Made by a program: the position numbers and the translations under genes | Shown here: positions 35,357-45,413 of the stretch, in pieces | Numbering within the stretch: position 1 is the stretch's first letter | Layout of the letters: every line of letters starts with the position of its first letter | The notes under the pieces: generated by a model | What the model was told of the DNA's origin: nothing | The model's input: only the letters and a program-made list of their open reading frames with translations | Database searches by the model: none | DNA from: a virus | Taxonomy: Duplodnaviria > Heunggongvirae > Uroviricota > Caudoviricetes | DNA: 64,000 nt | IMG/VR virus record: IMGVR_UViG_3300033074_000580 | Location: 159,270 to 223,269 of that record | Direction: 5' to 3' (one strand)

Positions 35357-37500
35357 ATCAATGTCTTTTTATTTGGTAATGGGGTAATTTCTTCGACTGG
35401 TTTATTTGACCAATCTCCCGAACCTTCCCACTCATATTCAAAACTAAAATCAACATTACTATTCATGTGAAATAGTTGTATTTCTAGTTGTTTAAATTCG
35501 GGGTCAGGTCTACCTTCTTCACCCCATCTTGGTTTTGCAATTTTTCTTGCTCTTGTCGATGCATTTAATTTAGTATATGAATAGTCTTCTAATCTAAATG
35601 GAATTCTTTCAACAGGGTCATATGCCGGTTGTGTAAATTTATGTTTACATTTATATGTCCACTTACCTTCATCATCTATCTTAAAATGATGGTCAGCCCA
35701 ATATGGTCCAGCATTTCTAGCACCAAATTCAATCATATCCAACTCCTCATCATATTTTAAATGAATCTCAAATCCACCCCTTGTTCTCCAAAATAATCTA
35801 AACAGAACAAACATTTCGTTAACTAAACTATCTGCGAAATTACTAATGTTAGGTTTAATGATATTGTAATCAAAACCAGTTTCATAATCAATCTCAATTA
35901 GTTTATCGGGATTGTCAAATGTTAGTGTGTAATGAAACTCAGGTAAGTTAGGTCTCCACGGTACACTAATCGGTTCTTCACTTTTCATATTTTGTAAGAA
36001 TATCGCAAATGATTTTACTCTATTCAAAACATGTATCTTAGATAATTTATAATCATCTCTCATCCAACTACCTAAGTAAAAGAATGGTGATATATTGAAA
36101 CGTTCAATGTTTTGTCCGGCAACCGTATTAACACCTAATCCAAAACCAAAACCAGCCGCAATTGTTAATATACTTGTGTTTCTATTTCTCCAAATGAAAC
36201 TCATCGTGTGTCCAAAGTCTTCATAGTCTTCAGTTGGGAAACCTACAATCCAGTTCGTCAATCCACCAACACCAACAACTTTACCCGATGCCAAGTTATC
36301 TTCCATTTCTTGAATGGTAACTCCTTTTAACATATCGTTAAGTACTTTCTGACTACCAGATTCACAACCATAACTCAACATCTCACAACCACCCGCCTTC
36401 AAGTCTTTATAATATTCTAAATCCATTCGACCATCATGTCTAGCATAACCCGTCCAATGTATCTTCATTCCCTTTGCAACAACACCTTTACAAAATGCTC
36501 TTAATTCATTTAAGTTACCATTAACTAAACTATCAATGAACCAAATAACATCGGTACCTTTGTTATAATATAACCATTCGATTTCCGTTATCGCATCAAC
36601 CGCCTGTCTTTGTCTATACTTCCAAAAATGTGTTTCTTCACAGAAAGAACATTTAGCAATACAACCTCTACTGAATTCTGTGTTAACTCCGTTTGGATAA
36701 ACATACTCATTAAAATCAAATGTTGAATAATCAGGTAATGGTAGATTATTTAAATTTAATCTTTGGTTTTCAGGTTGTGCCAAATATTGCATCGTTGGAT
36801 GAACCACACCCTTTTCTATTTCATTTAATATTTGTAACAAAATCATTTCACCTTCACCATTAACCGCATAATCAATTACACCTTGTGGATAATCATTAGG
36901 GTCTAAGAATTGATATTGTCTCAACGCAACGTGTGGTCCCCCTAATAATATTTTTATTGATGGTTTTAGTTTCTTTAACTCGGTCATCATCCACTTAACC
37001 GGTTGTTCATTACAATAATATAATGTAAACCCAACAACATCAGGGTCAAATGCCATAATATCTTTTAGGTACTCTTTAAATAATGGTTCCGTATGTTGGT
37101 GAATTTCTTCGTAGTAATGTGGTGGATTCCATTTCCATTCACGAGCACCATCAAAGGGGTCAAAGTCAATTTTATTTTCCAATAACCATTTACGAGATTC
37201 ATTATGTACTTTAACATTAAAATCGAAACACTTAGTATTATAACCGGCCTTTCTTGAAACGGCAGATAAACGAGCAATACTAAATGGCGGAAAGTTAGGT
37301 GACCACTCGGGCATTAACACAAGTGCTAATTTTGTATTTTTGGTACTCGGTATAATCTCAACGTCTGTGACGTTTTCTTGAACCTTAGCTTTTGCGAAAG
37401 GTGCAATGGCTCTCATCATGTCGAGGTGTTTATCCTCAGCATTGAAATCCATTGGTCTTGGTTTAGATTCTTCCTTTCTGTAATTGTAAAGTTCTGCCAT
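35353..37500 (-). CDS. B12-binding-domain radical SAM enzyme (715 aa)
   Basis: 'CIAKCSFC' CxxxCxxC motif after an N-terminal cobalamin-binding-like Rossmann region; long C-terminal extension. Confidence 0.8.
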   Translation of the reverse strand: MAELYNYRKEESKPRPMDFNAEDKHLDMMRAIAPFAKAKVQENVTDVEIIPSTKNTKLALVLMPEWSPNFPPFSIARLSAVSRKAGYNTKCFDFNVKVHNESRKWLLENKIDFDPFDGAREWKWNPPHYYEEIHQHTEPLFKEYLKDIMAFDPDVVGFTLYYCNEQPVKWMMTELKKLKPSIKILLGGPHVALRQYQFLDPNDYPQGVIDYAVNGEGEMILLQILNEIEKGVVHPTMQYLAQPENQRLNLNNLPLPDYSTFDFNEYVYPNGVNTEFSRGCIAKCSFCEETHFWKYRQRQAVDAITEIEWLYYNKGTDVIWFIDSLVNGNLNELRAFCKGVVAKGMKIHWTGYARHDGRMDLEYYKDLKAGGCEMLSYGCESGSQKVLNDMLKGVTIQEMEDNLASGKVVGVGGLTNWIVGFPTEDYEDFGHTMSFIWRNRNTSILTIAAGFGFGLGVNTVAGQNIERFNISPFFYLGSWMRDDYKLSKIHVLNRVKSFAIFLQNMKSEEPISVPWRPNLPEFHYTLTFDNPDKLIEIDYETGFDYNIIKPNISNFADSLVNEMFVLFRLFWRTRGGFEIHLKYDEELDMIEFGARNAGPYWADHHFKIDDEGKWTYKCKHKFTQPAYDPVERIPFRLEDYSYTKLNASTRARKIAKPRWGEEGRPDPEFKQLEIQLFHMNSNVDFSFEYEWEGSGDWSNKPVEEITPLPNKKTLI

Positions 37501-37533
37501 TAAAATATTATTTTTATAATTAGTTTTTTTATA

Positions 37534-38037
37534 TTAACAAAAATCTGTTGATGAGCTCACTCGAAGCCCATCGATTATTAAATCATCGTACTTTTCATTA
37601 TCCAACCAGAATGAACCGTGTCCTTTGGTTCTTTCTTTTCTACGATATTCTTCGTTTACAACCAAACCATTCGGTTCACCCCATTCCAACGCCATTGTAA
37701 TGAATTCTTCAACATCTTGTTCTTCACCATATTCATCAACAACTCTACCTGAACGAATGAATTCAAATAAACTTTCTTTGTCTGAATAGTATTTGTTATT
37801 GTGAAAATTCCAACAGAACTTCCATCCACTACTTCTTTTCCCCAAATGAATACTGGTATCCATTAAGAACATTTCCCACGGTGAAAACCATTCCCAATTT
37901 TTAGTAGGGCTAATGGTTCTAAAACCACCTTCAATGTTTCCTGGTGTTAAATCTAGACCATTTACATGACCTAATAATTCCATTTTACGAGTAACCATTT
38001 CCTCGTGTGTCGGTATTCTGTAATAGTTTGTTCCCAT
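37534..38037 (-). CDS. hypothetical protein (167 aa), likely co-transcribed with the radical SAM gene
   Basis: ORF track. Confidence 0.5.
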   Translation of the reverse strand: MGTNYYRIPTHEEMVTRKMELLGHVNGLDLTPGNIEGGFRTISPTKNWEWFSPWEMFLMDTSIHLGKRSSGWKFCWNFHNNKYYSDKESLFEFIRSGRVVDEYGEEQDVEEFITMALEWGEPNGLVVNEEYRRKERTKGHGSFWLDNEKYDDLIIDGLRVSSSTDFC

Positions 38038-38094
38038 TATGTTGTGAGTTAATACACAAATGTAACATATATTTTGGATATTCTAAAATATATC

Positions 38095-38126
38095 ATAAAA
38101 AAAATCCCCACATTTCTGTGGGGATT
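38095..38126 (-). terminator. minus-strand terminator
   Basis: aaaaaaaATCCCCACAtttcTGTGGGGAT. Confidence 0.7.
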
Positions 38127-38175
38127 GTAACAAAACTCAACTTGAGTCAGTCCGTGGTTACTTACCAGGAGAGGT

Positions 38176-39582
38176 TTACTTATTTTTAATAACTGTTTTA
38201 ACCAAATCTATGATTTCATTTTCATTCATTTTCAAACGAGTTACTTGGTCTTTTGTTTTGAATACTCTTTCCTTCAATTGAAGCATCGCTTCATTCTTAG
38301 AATATGCTGCAATTTGACTTGCCAAATCATCAAACACCACTTTCAATGTTCTCATAACTTTTGGGTTGTCCAAAATACTTCTTTTTGGGTCGAATTGAAT
38401 TGGTTCTGAATAATTTGTTGCTGCGTTTGCTCTAAAAGTAACAACAGGTTTCAAATTACCACCACCTCTTAATGATTCTTCTCTTAATTTTTCACTAATT
38501 TCAACACTAACTTCACCTGTGAATTCAATTTGTCCATTGTTAACGGTTTCACTCTTCAATTCAAATGATGTCATTGTAACGTAGTCCTTCTCTTCAGCCT
38601 TCATACCTCGTCTATCTAATTTATAAACTCGAGTAAGTGGGTCTCTTTTAAAATCAGAACTTGTTTTTATTTGTTTTCTTTCAACACTCCAGTTAACACC
38701 AGCATTGTATTGTCTTGCTTGGTATTCTGCGTCACTAATTTCGATATTCTTTTCTTCACCATCAGGTAGATTATTTAACTTAATCAATCCTAATGCTGAT
38801 TTCATGAATTCAGGATAGTTGTCATATGTGTAAACTGAGTGACTTTGAACTAATGCACTGTTGTTATCAATTTTTGAATACTGATTAAACCCTCTTTTTT
38901 GATGTCCTGGGTCCTGTGTTGGATAGTTAATCGGTGGGAATCCTGATAAATATAAATTTTCTTGAACATTACTCATAAACTCTTCCATCGGTTTACGAAG
39001 TGCAAGTAAATAATATGTCTTTGGTGTTAAGTCTTTTGTACCAATACCGAGATTTAAATCCACACCAGTTTTTTCAGCAAATGCGTTTCTAAATTCTTCA
39101 CTACTTGGTTTTTGTAGATATTCAGGATATGCTTTTTGATGTCCCGTTGCAATAAAATCAACAAAGTGAATTGTTCCCTTTTCAGGAGTCAAAACACCAA
39201 CCAAAGGAACAACAACATCCTCAAACCAATCGGTAAATTCTTTATTGTTCATTAGCTCTTCTTCAGTTGATTCTCCAACCGCAACAACAATAGTACCTTC
39301 ACCCAACTTTCTTGATGTGTTAAGTACATAAGCCATTGGATATTTTTCCTTTTCATTCTTTGCAACACTCATTGTTGGGTGAATTAAAGGTTTAACTCTT
39401 GATGCTTGTGGTTCAATTTCTTTACCTGTAACAGGGTCAATTTTTTTCTTACCTTGACCTCTTTCAAGTCTACCTGATTTAGTTTTGGTTGTTTGGAATC
39501 TTGGGGTGTAACCCATTTCGTCAATATCGAATTGATTTTCGGTTACTAAAGATACTAAGTCCTTCTTTGATATTTCTTTCAT
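38176..39582 (-). CDS. hypothetical protein (468 aa)
   Basis: ORF track; terminator 38095-38126 downstream. Confidence 0.55.
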   Translation of the reverse strand: MKEISKKDLVSLVTENQFDIDEMGYTPRFQTTKTKSGRLERGQGKKKIDPVTGKEIEPQASRVKPLIHPTMSVAKNEKEKYPMAYVLNTSRKLGEGTIVVAVGESTEEELMNNKEFTDWFEDVVVPLVGVLTPEKGTIHFVDFIATGHQKAYPEYLQKPSSEEFRNAFAEKTGVDLNLGIGTKDLTPKTYYLLALRKPMEEFMSNVQENLYLSGFPPINYPTQDPGHQKRGFNQYSKIDNNSALVQSHSVYTYDNYPEFMKSALGLIKLNNLPDGEEKNIEISDAEYQARQYNAGVNWSVERKQIKTSSDFKRDPLTRVYKLDRRGMKAEEKDYVTMTSFELKSETVNNGQIEFTGEVSVEISEKLREESLRGGGNLKPVVTFRANAATNYSEPIQFDPKRSILDNPKVMRTLKVVFDDLASQIAAYSKNEAMLQLKERVFKTKDQVTRLKMNENEIIDLVKTVIKNK

Positions 39583-39623
39583 TTCAATTAAAATTTCTTA
39601 TATGTATATAAATACTCGGATTA

Positions 39624-40091
39624 TTACATTTGGAACCATTCTGGATTAACTCTACCCTTCCATTTACAAAATTCTTTTTTATCACCCATATAATAATTTC
39701 TATATGATTGAATTGTATCTCCGTAAACCTTATATTCTTCAGGCATTGCAAGTGCTGGGGGTGTAAATTCCCTATCCTTAATATTTGGTCTATGATATGC
39801 ACACCATTCAATGATGTCTTGAGTTTTATGACGTTTTCCGTACCTATATGTGTACTCTTCACATAAATTGAATCCTAAGTCCACCAACCAAATGTAGTTC
39901 TGTAAATCCTCTCTAACCCATATAGAACACGGGTGATTCTTATGTGACAGTTTATATGGTGCTTCTCCACCTGTTGCCCAATGTGCTCCACAAAGTAATT
40001 GGGCAGTTTCTAATATCATTTTAACCACATGTTTGTCGTTATGATATTCCGCACATTTTTTAGGACTCCAATCTAAAAAGAAAATGTTCAT
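39624..40091 (-). CDS. possible pyrimidine-dimer DNA glycosylase (endonuclease V/DenV-like)
   Basis: weak N-terminal resemblance; start set to M15, which begins directly after the upstream stop. Confidence 0.35.
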   Translation of the reverse strand: MNIFFLDWSPKKCAEYHNDKHVVKMILETAQLLCGAHWATGGEAPYKLSHKNHPCSIWVREDLQNYIWLVDLGFNLCEEYTYRYGKRHKTQDIIEWCAYHRPNIKDREFTPPALAMPEEYKVYGDTIQSYRNYYMGDKKEFCKWKGRVNPEWFQM

Positions 40092-40092
40092 G

Positions 40093-40374
40093 TTATTTGT
40101 TTGTTTCGTAATATTGTTTTCTAACCTTGGCACCCAACTCCATGTCGTTTGGTGTATTCAATATATCTTCAGCTGATATTGTAACCAATGTGGTTCTGTT
40201 CTTCATGATTCGTTTAATTTCATCATCAGTAACGTAACCTTGATAATGGGATTTATTATAACAACCAATACAAAGTTGTCCCATCCCGTCAATATAACCT
40301 GTTCTAAAATCCACGTGTGTTGTTATTTCTTCGTGTGTTTCTTTACCACATAAGATACATGTTTCTTTTGGCAT
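40093..40374 (-). CDS. zinc-ribbon protein (93 aa)
   Basis: 'CILCGKE...CIGCYN'. Confidence 0.45.
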   Translation of the reverse strand: MPKETCILCGKETHEEITTHVDFRTGYIDGMGQLCIGCYNKSHYQGYVTDDEIKRIMKNRTTLVTISAEDILNTPNDMELGAKVRKQYYETNK

Positions 40375-40449
40375 AATAATAAGTTTAGAGTGTAAATCTA
40401 AACTTATTATTTGAAATATCCAATAAAATCTTTAAAAATTATAAAAATA

Positions 40450-41727
40450 TTAAGCTAAACTAGCAATTTTAGGTGAAGCCCCCGCATTGTAACTACTAAC
40501 GACTTTAGCAACTAAATCACCCGTACCCCAAGTTTTTAGGGATTCGCATTGTGCAATTCTATCGGCACCTAAATCGTTTCTTAATCCACTTAAAATACAA
40601 TTATATCTACCGTTTTTAAGGGTTTTAATTGTTGCAACTAAACCATCTTGTGCACTCTTATAGTTTCTAACTCCGTGTGAGTTCATTACTGTTGAACCAG
40701 GTAAATCCCAAGTCGTATTGAATGGATTGTTTATTCCACCCTTACCTTCCGCTTGTCTCCACGCAAATAGGAATTTCATATTCTCTTGGGTAACAGGTGC
40801 TTGTAGTGCGGTTAATAATGTTTTATAGAATTCGTTGTCAGTTGAACCAGTATAATTTATGTTACTAACATTACTATATTGTTGAATCTCACTTGCCTTA
40901 ACACCTCTTTCTTTCAATAATTGAATTAACTTTTGCAACATTTCGGGTGTTGCAACTTCTCCAGTAACTGATGAACCCACACCTTCCCCATATTGTAAGT
41001 GAAAATGTCCTCCTGTTGAGGCTTTTGATGGGTTGGTATATTCATCAATATAATTGAATTTGTTGTTCTTAGATTTGAAAGAATCTAAGATAGATTTAAA
41101 TGCATTTGCGTTTTCACTATTATATGGTTGAAGAACCAAATCAACCGCCTGACCTAAAGTGTGTTTACTATTATATCCGACACCTTGGTGAAACTTATCG
41201 TTACCTGATGTAACTACCACTTTAACATTTGGTTTTTGACTTTTAAATGTTTTTAATACCTCACTAACAATATTACTAAGTTCGTCGGAAATATCTCCAC
41301 CACTTGTTAATTGTCCCGATTTTTCTTGATATCCTAATGAAGATAAGGTATTTCTTAAATCAGCGGCATCTTCATTTAATTGTGAATTATCCTTTTTAAA
41401 TTTTTGAACCGCGGCACCCGTTTCAGGACCAAATAAACCATCAACACCAAATCTAGGTAATTCATATCCAAGAAGTATTAAACCAATTTGCATAGTTTCA
41501 ACTTCCTTTTGGAACGTCATTGAACCTCTTTCTTGTTGAGTGATTCCGTTACCTTTGGATGCTGTTTCTAATGTGTCGAAGAATTTTTGAACGTCGGGTT
41601 CGACTACATCGGCTTTCTTTTCGTCTTTTCTACCGAGTAATTTATCTAAAAAACCTTCATTTACTACTTGTTTTCCGTAGTTTAATTTGTGTATTCTCTC
41701 TAACTGTTCTTTAAGATTATTCTTCAT
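40450..41727 (-). CDS. endolysin: peptidoglycan-binding domain plus M15-family peptidase
   Basis: 'LILLGYELPRFGVDGLFGPETGAAVQKFK' (PG_binding_1) and 'SKHTLGQAVDL' (M15 Zn-peptidase S-x-H-x2-G-x-A-x-D motif). Confidence 0.75.
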   Translation of the reverse strand: MKNNLKEQLERIHKLNYGKQVVNEGFLDKLLGRKDEKKADVVEPDVQKFFDTLETASKGNGITQQERGSMTFQKEVETMQIGLILLGYELPRFGVDGLFGPETGAAVQKFKKDNSQLNEDAADLRNTLSSLGYQEKSGQLTSGGDISDELSNIVSEVLKTFKSQKPNVKVVVTSGNDKFHQGVGYNSKHTLGQAVDLVLQPYNSENANAFKSILDSFKSKNNKFNYIDEYTNPSKASTGGHFHLQYGEGVGSSVTGEVATPEMLQKLIQLLKERGVKASEIQQYSNVSNINYTGSTDNEFYKTLLTALQAPVTQENMKFLFAWRQAEGKGGINNPFNTTWDLPGSTVMNSHGVRNYKSAQDGLVATIKTLKNGRYNCILSGLRNDLGADRIAQCESLKTWGTGDLVAKVVSSYNAGASPKIASLA

Positions 41728-41748
41728 ATCAATATAAATATCAATAAA

Positions 41749-42144
41749 CTACACTTTTACCCATTTTTGAGTTGAATCTAATTTGAATGACCCGACGTAT
41801 TTTTTATTCCATTGGTCGGGGGATATTAACGATAAAAAGGTAGTCTCATCTTCCCTAACATATAAATGATAAATTTCATTCATAACGGGTATAAATGAGT
41901 ATGTGGATTGGTATACCAATTCATTCCAATTCACTTCATCAACAAGTTTCTTAAACTCCTCAACAAGTTCTTCGTATTTTGTTTTGAATTGTTTATTGGC
42001 AACTCCCGCCTGCATTTGTTTCCACCCTCCAACATCTTCTAATTTAATTGCAGGTGCGCCTTGATTACTACCATAAGTTAATCCTCTTTGATAGTAACCT
42101 TTCTCTTCATCCCATACAACTAAATCTGGTTTCTTTTTAGCCAT
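41749..42144 (-). CDS. hypothetical protein (131 aa)
   Basis: ORF track. Confidence 0.5.
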   Translation of the reverse strand: MAKKKPDLVVWDEEKGYYQRGLTYGSNQGAPAIKLEDVGGWKQMQAGVANKQFKTKYEELVEEFKKLVDEVNWNELVYQSTYSFIPVMNEIYHLYVREDETTFLSLISPDQWNKKYVGSFKLDSTQKWVKV

Positions 42145-42307
42145 TACCTATTTGATTTTTATCATTCTCATCAAACTCACCAAACAAATCGTCACCCTTA
42201 TAATCGGGATGATTCTTCATCATGTAGTCAAATCCTCTCACCCAAAAATATGAAATCAATGCCGAGAAACTAAAAACTATAATTGCAACTATAAAAAAAC
42301 TTGTCAT
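42137..42307 (-). CDS. small membrane protein (56 aa)
   Basis: manually read ATG ORF MTSFFIVAIIVFSFSALISYFW... Confidence 0.3.
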   Translation of the reverse strand: MTSFFIVAIIVFSFSALISYFWVRGFDYMMKNHPDYKGDDLFGEFDENDKNQIGNG

Positions 42308-42325
42308 AATGTTATTTGTTTAATT

Positions 42326-42508
42326 CTAATTATCTTCCACCCAAACTTTTAAATCTTCAGACAATGGATTAGATTCGCCCGGAATATAATTCGGATTATC
42401 AATCGTTTTCCATTTCATACCACATCTTTTACAAATACATTTAGATGGCATCCATACAAAATTGTATGAATATTTGTGTCCGAACAATTTACAAATCAGT
42501 TTCTTCAT
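42326..42508 (-). CDS. DUF1660-like small prophage protein
   Basis: 'CKLFGHKY...CICKRCG'; the family assignment is recalled, not computed. Confidence 0.4.
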   Translation of the reverse strand: MKKLICKLFGHKYSYNFVWMPSKCICKRCGMKWKTIDNPNYIPGESNPLSEDLKVWVEDN

Positions 42509-42752
42509 AACTCCCTAATGTCTTAAAATATTTACTTTTACCTTTTCGTGCCAATTTAATTTCATCGTGAAGAGTTTTACCATCTTTTCTCAATTCCCTT
42601 TCAATTTCATTAAGTCTTTGCCACTTTCTTATCTCTCTTTGTTCTTCTTCTTTACCACCAAAAACATAATAATGGAGGAGTACACCTAATATACCAGGAG
42701 GTTCGGGTAAACAAAAACCTGCCAATATTATCAACAATATGAATGTCATCAT
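42489..42752 (-). CDS. membrane protein (87 aa)
   Basis: N-terminal TM segment. Confidence 0.4.
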   Translation of the reverse strand: MMTFILLIILAGFCLPEPPGILGVLLHYYVFGGKEEEQREIRKWQRLNEIERELRKDGKTLHDEIKLARKGKSKYFKTLGSYEETDL

Positions 42753-43342
42753 AATAAAAATTTTAAAATCTTATCTTTAATACCGCTTTGTTTAATCCCT
42801 TCAGAACTTAATGGTGTTTCAACAAAATTATCTAAACCCCATTCATGTTCATATGAAATGGAATAATCCAAACCAGTTTTACCCATTCTCAAATCATCAA
42901 TAGCAACCCAATGTGTTATTTCAGGATGGTCAACCAAGTATTGTTTAATCTCAATACTTCTTGTTTGTTCCAATTCCCATTCACGAGACCAAACAAATCC
43001 TGCAGGATATGCTCCGATGTACCAAGTACATTGACCCAAGTTTGGTGTAAAGTCTATTGGTTTCTTTTTGAGACCTTGTGATTCATAATACTCACCCATC
43101 TCCTCAACAGTTGCCCATCTTTTCCAATCAGATGAGACAACAATTTCAGCATTAGTTTCTTCCAAGATTTCATTCAAAACTTTGATTGCCTTTTTATTGA
43201 AGTTATCAAAACGGGACATCACGGGTAACGATGCTACCGATTGTGATAATTTCCTACCTGCTTCTCTTTGTTTCTTAAACCGACCACCCCATTCGGTTGA
43301 TAAACATATCACACCATCGTGGTCTAAAAATATTACTTTCAT
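42749..43342 (-). CDS. HAD-superfamily phosphatase
   Basis: 'VIFLDHDGVI' motif I. Confidence 0.65.
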   Translation of the reverse strand: MKVIFLDHDGVICLSTEWGGRFKKQREAGRKLSQSVASLPVMSRFDNFNKKAIKVLNEILEETNAEIVVSSDWKRWATVEEMGEYYESQGLKKKPIDFTPNLGQCTWYIGAYPAGFVWSREWELEQTRSIEIKQYLVDHPEITHWVAIDDLRMGKTGLDYSISYEHEWGLDNFVETPLSSEGIKQSGIKDKILKFLL

Positions 43343-43686
43343 CTAAAATATATTTTATCAGGTAAATCCCCAAATACAAATTTGGTTACATCACATAACC
43401 ACATCTTTAAATCGTAATGTTGTCCTTTATAAGTACTTAACACATACCAAGCACCTTCACCCAATTCCCATGCCTCTAATCTACCATAATGTTCAAACAT
43501 TAACACTTCACAATTCTCAAATGGCTTAGTGGATAATGTAACATATACATCAGTTTCTCCTTGAGATAATAAATCTAAAAATGTATCCGCACCCGCAACC
43601 ATTTGTAAATCATATTTCTCACCTTCCCATCCAGGCAAGTCTATGAACCAACCATATTCGTCTTTATAGAATCGATATATTCTCAT
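43339..43686 (-). CDS. hypothetical protein (115 aa)
   Basis: ORF track. Confidence 0.45.
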   Translation of the reverse strand: MRIYRFYKDEYGWFIDLPGWEGEKYDLQMVAGADTFLDLLSQGETDVYVTLSTKPFENCEVLMFEHYGRLEAWELGEGAWYVLSTYKGQHYDLKMWLCDVTKFVFGDLPDKIYFR

Positions 43687-44363
43687 CTATTAAATTCTTT
43701 GAATACTTTTATGAATGGTTTTTCATACTTCTCAATTTCTTTAATATCCAAACCATTATAAAGACCGGTTGATAGAAATGCTTGTGCTTCGTCATCTAAA
43801 ATTTTTCTATCATTGACATATCCCATCTTTATAAGTTTCTTATCTATTTTATCCATAGTCTTTTTAGGGATTAAAGATAATTGATACGTCATTCTTAATT
43901 TGTATTCTTTATTTGTATAATATAAACCATGTGCAATCTCGTGGTTCATAGTACCTTTATCTTTAGAACTTGCACCAATCAAATACCAATCATGTCTTGT
44001 CCCATTATTTTTATTTTGAGCATCTAATGCACAATAAAAATAAATGTCATTCATTATATTATCATATTCAGTTTCTTTATAAAACTTATCGTGTGCCTTT
44101 TCTAAAACATTAGATGGGATATTATAACCAGACCAATCTTCAGGATATGTGAATACATCTTTTTTCCAAACATTCTTATAGAATTTCATATACTCCATCC
44201 ATGTGAAATATTTTCCTCTGAATTGTTTATATGGTGATTCGTAAAATTCTTGATAACGACAAAACAACATAGCTCTATCATAGTTGTCATCAACTGAAAC
44301 ACAATAGATGTATGGTTTTATTTCTTTTACTTTACCTTTAACTAAAGGATGTTTTATTTTCAT
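43683..44363 (-). CDS. putative zinc metallopeptidase-like protein (HExxH motif)
   Basis: 'MNHEIAHGLYY'. Confidence 0.45.
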   Translation of the reverse strand: MKIKHPLVKGKVKEIKPYIYCVSVDDNYDRAMLFCRYQEFYESPYKQFRGKYFTWMEYMKFYKNVWKKDVFTYPEDWSGYNIPSNVLEKAHDKFYKETEYDNIMNDIYFYCALDAQNKNNGTRHDWYLIGASSKDKGTMNHEIAHGLYYTNKEYKLRMTYQLSLIPKKTMDKIDKKLIKMGYVNDRKILDDEAQAFLSTGLYNGLDIKEIEKYEKPFIKVFKEFNR

Positions 44364-44365
44364 TT

Positions 44366-45076
44366 TTACTCATTTTCTTCAGTCATTCGACATCTGTTAC
44401 ATTGTTTGTCACATCTATCTCCACCATCATCTTCAACAGAACAATAAAACGGTTTGTCATTATTCATACAACTTGATAATATTTCTAAACATAACTGTTC
44501 AGGAATTTTACTTCTTTCATATGCGTTACTTCTGCCTTGTGTTCCCGTTTTAGAACCTCTTGGTGCTGCAACATGACAAGGGTCACCATTCTTACACATT
44601 GGACGAGGAACCCACATATTGCTATTGGTCCATATGTCAGTTGGTTTCATTCGTTCATCACCATATTGACAATATGTTACTGTGTGTCGTTTAAAGTCTG
44701 CCATGAATGGCATTTTACGAAGTACTCCTCTTGGATTTTCCATGAACCAATATCTTGGATTAAAATGTTCTATTATTTCTATTGTTTTCTTAACTAACTC
44801 GATACCTAATCTTGCGCCATCTGTTTTAGGAATGTAAGCACCTTTACCTCCAGTCCAATGGTGTCCTAATGATGCAACACTAAAACTTGTACATGGGGGT
44901 GATGCCCAAATAACATCTGGTTTAAACGGTACTTTCTTTACATCAAAATCCAATATACTAATTGGATAATGAATCCCTTCAAATTCAACCAAGTCAGATG
45001 AAAAAACTTCCATCCCTAAACTTTCGGAAATTTTACCAACCGAGCGACTGCCCGCAAACAATTCCAATACCTTCAT
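44366..45076 (-). CDS. DNA (cytosine-5) methyltransferase
   Basis: motif I 'LELFAGSRSVG', motif IV 'SPPCTSFS' and 'ENPRG'. Confidence 0.8.
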   Translation of the reverse strand: MKVLELFAGSRSVGKISESLGMEVFSSDLVEFEGIHYPISILDFDVKKVPFKPDVIWASPPCTSFSVASLGHHWTGGKGAYIPKTDGARLGIELVKKTIEIIEHFNPRYWFMENPRGVLRKMPFMADFKRHTVTYCQYGDERMKPTDIWTNSNMWVPRPMCKNGDPCHVAAPRGSKTGTQGRSNAYERSKIPEQLCLEILSSCMNNDKPFYCSVEDDGGDRCDKQCNRCRMTEENE

Positions 45077-45357
45077 TAACGTAAGTGTTTATACTTCGCC
45101 GCCATGTTATTGATGTAGTTTTCTTCGTGAATTGACAATAAGTCCCTACATTTTTTTAAATGGTCTAAACTATTCCAAAACGTCAAATCGTTTATGTTGG
45201 GGTTTTTAACTCCATTATTTTTCCACACTTCATCCTGTGGTGGGTCGATGTCGCCGTCTTCAATTAAGATTTCAACTAATCTTTTTCTTTCACTTTTACT
45301 ACATGAGTCAATGAACTCACTTGGGTCGATGTCAACTTCTGCTGTAAATTCTGGCAT
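45076..45357 (-). CDS. hypothetical protein (93 aa)
   Basis: ORF track. Confidence 0.4.
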   Translation of the reverse strand: MPEFTAEVDIDPSEFIDSCSKSERKRLVEILIEDGDIDPPQDEVWKNNGVKNPNINDLTFWNSLDHLKKCRDLLSIHEENYINNMAAKYKHLR

Positions 45358-45413
45358 AACTTTATAATTTAAATGTTTATCTAAAGATACTAAAAAAAAT
45401 TGAAAATAAAAAA

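Noticed and set aside
37065-37277. ORF 37065..37277 (-) and similar antisense or alternate-frame ORFs (2000..2335, 2399..2641, 7025..7207, 7444..7626, 10803..11030, 10985..11284, 11002..11271, 11767..12072, 12313..12597, 12714..12911, 13295..13633, 32158..32517, 44537..44797, 50944..51252, 56123..56356, 56484..56711, 62567..62899, 62848..63144)
   Set aside because: Embedded in, or antisense to, longer ORFs with domain support or consistent block orientation.
35353-37500. Assigning the radical SAM enzyme to a specific pathway (for example queuosine/7-deazaguanine or hypermodified thymidine)
   Set aside because: No QueC/D/E, DpdA, P-loop 5-hmdU kinase (no Walker A motif anywhere nearby) or PLP-enzyme partners were recognised, so the pathway-level claim is unsupported.
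39584-39862. ORF 39584..39862 (-) overlapping the DenV-like gene
   Set aside because: Fully nested in another frame of a better-supported gene.
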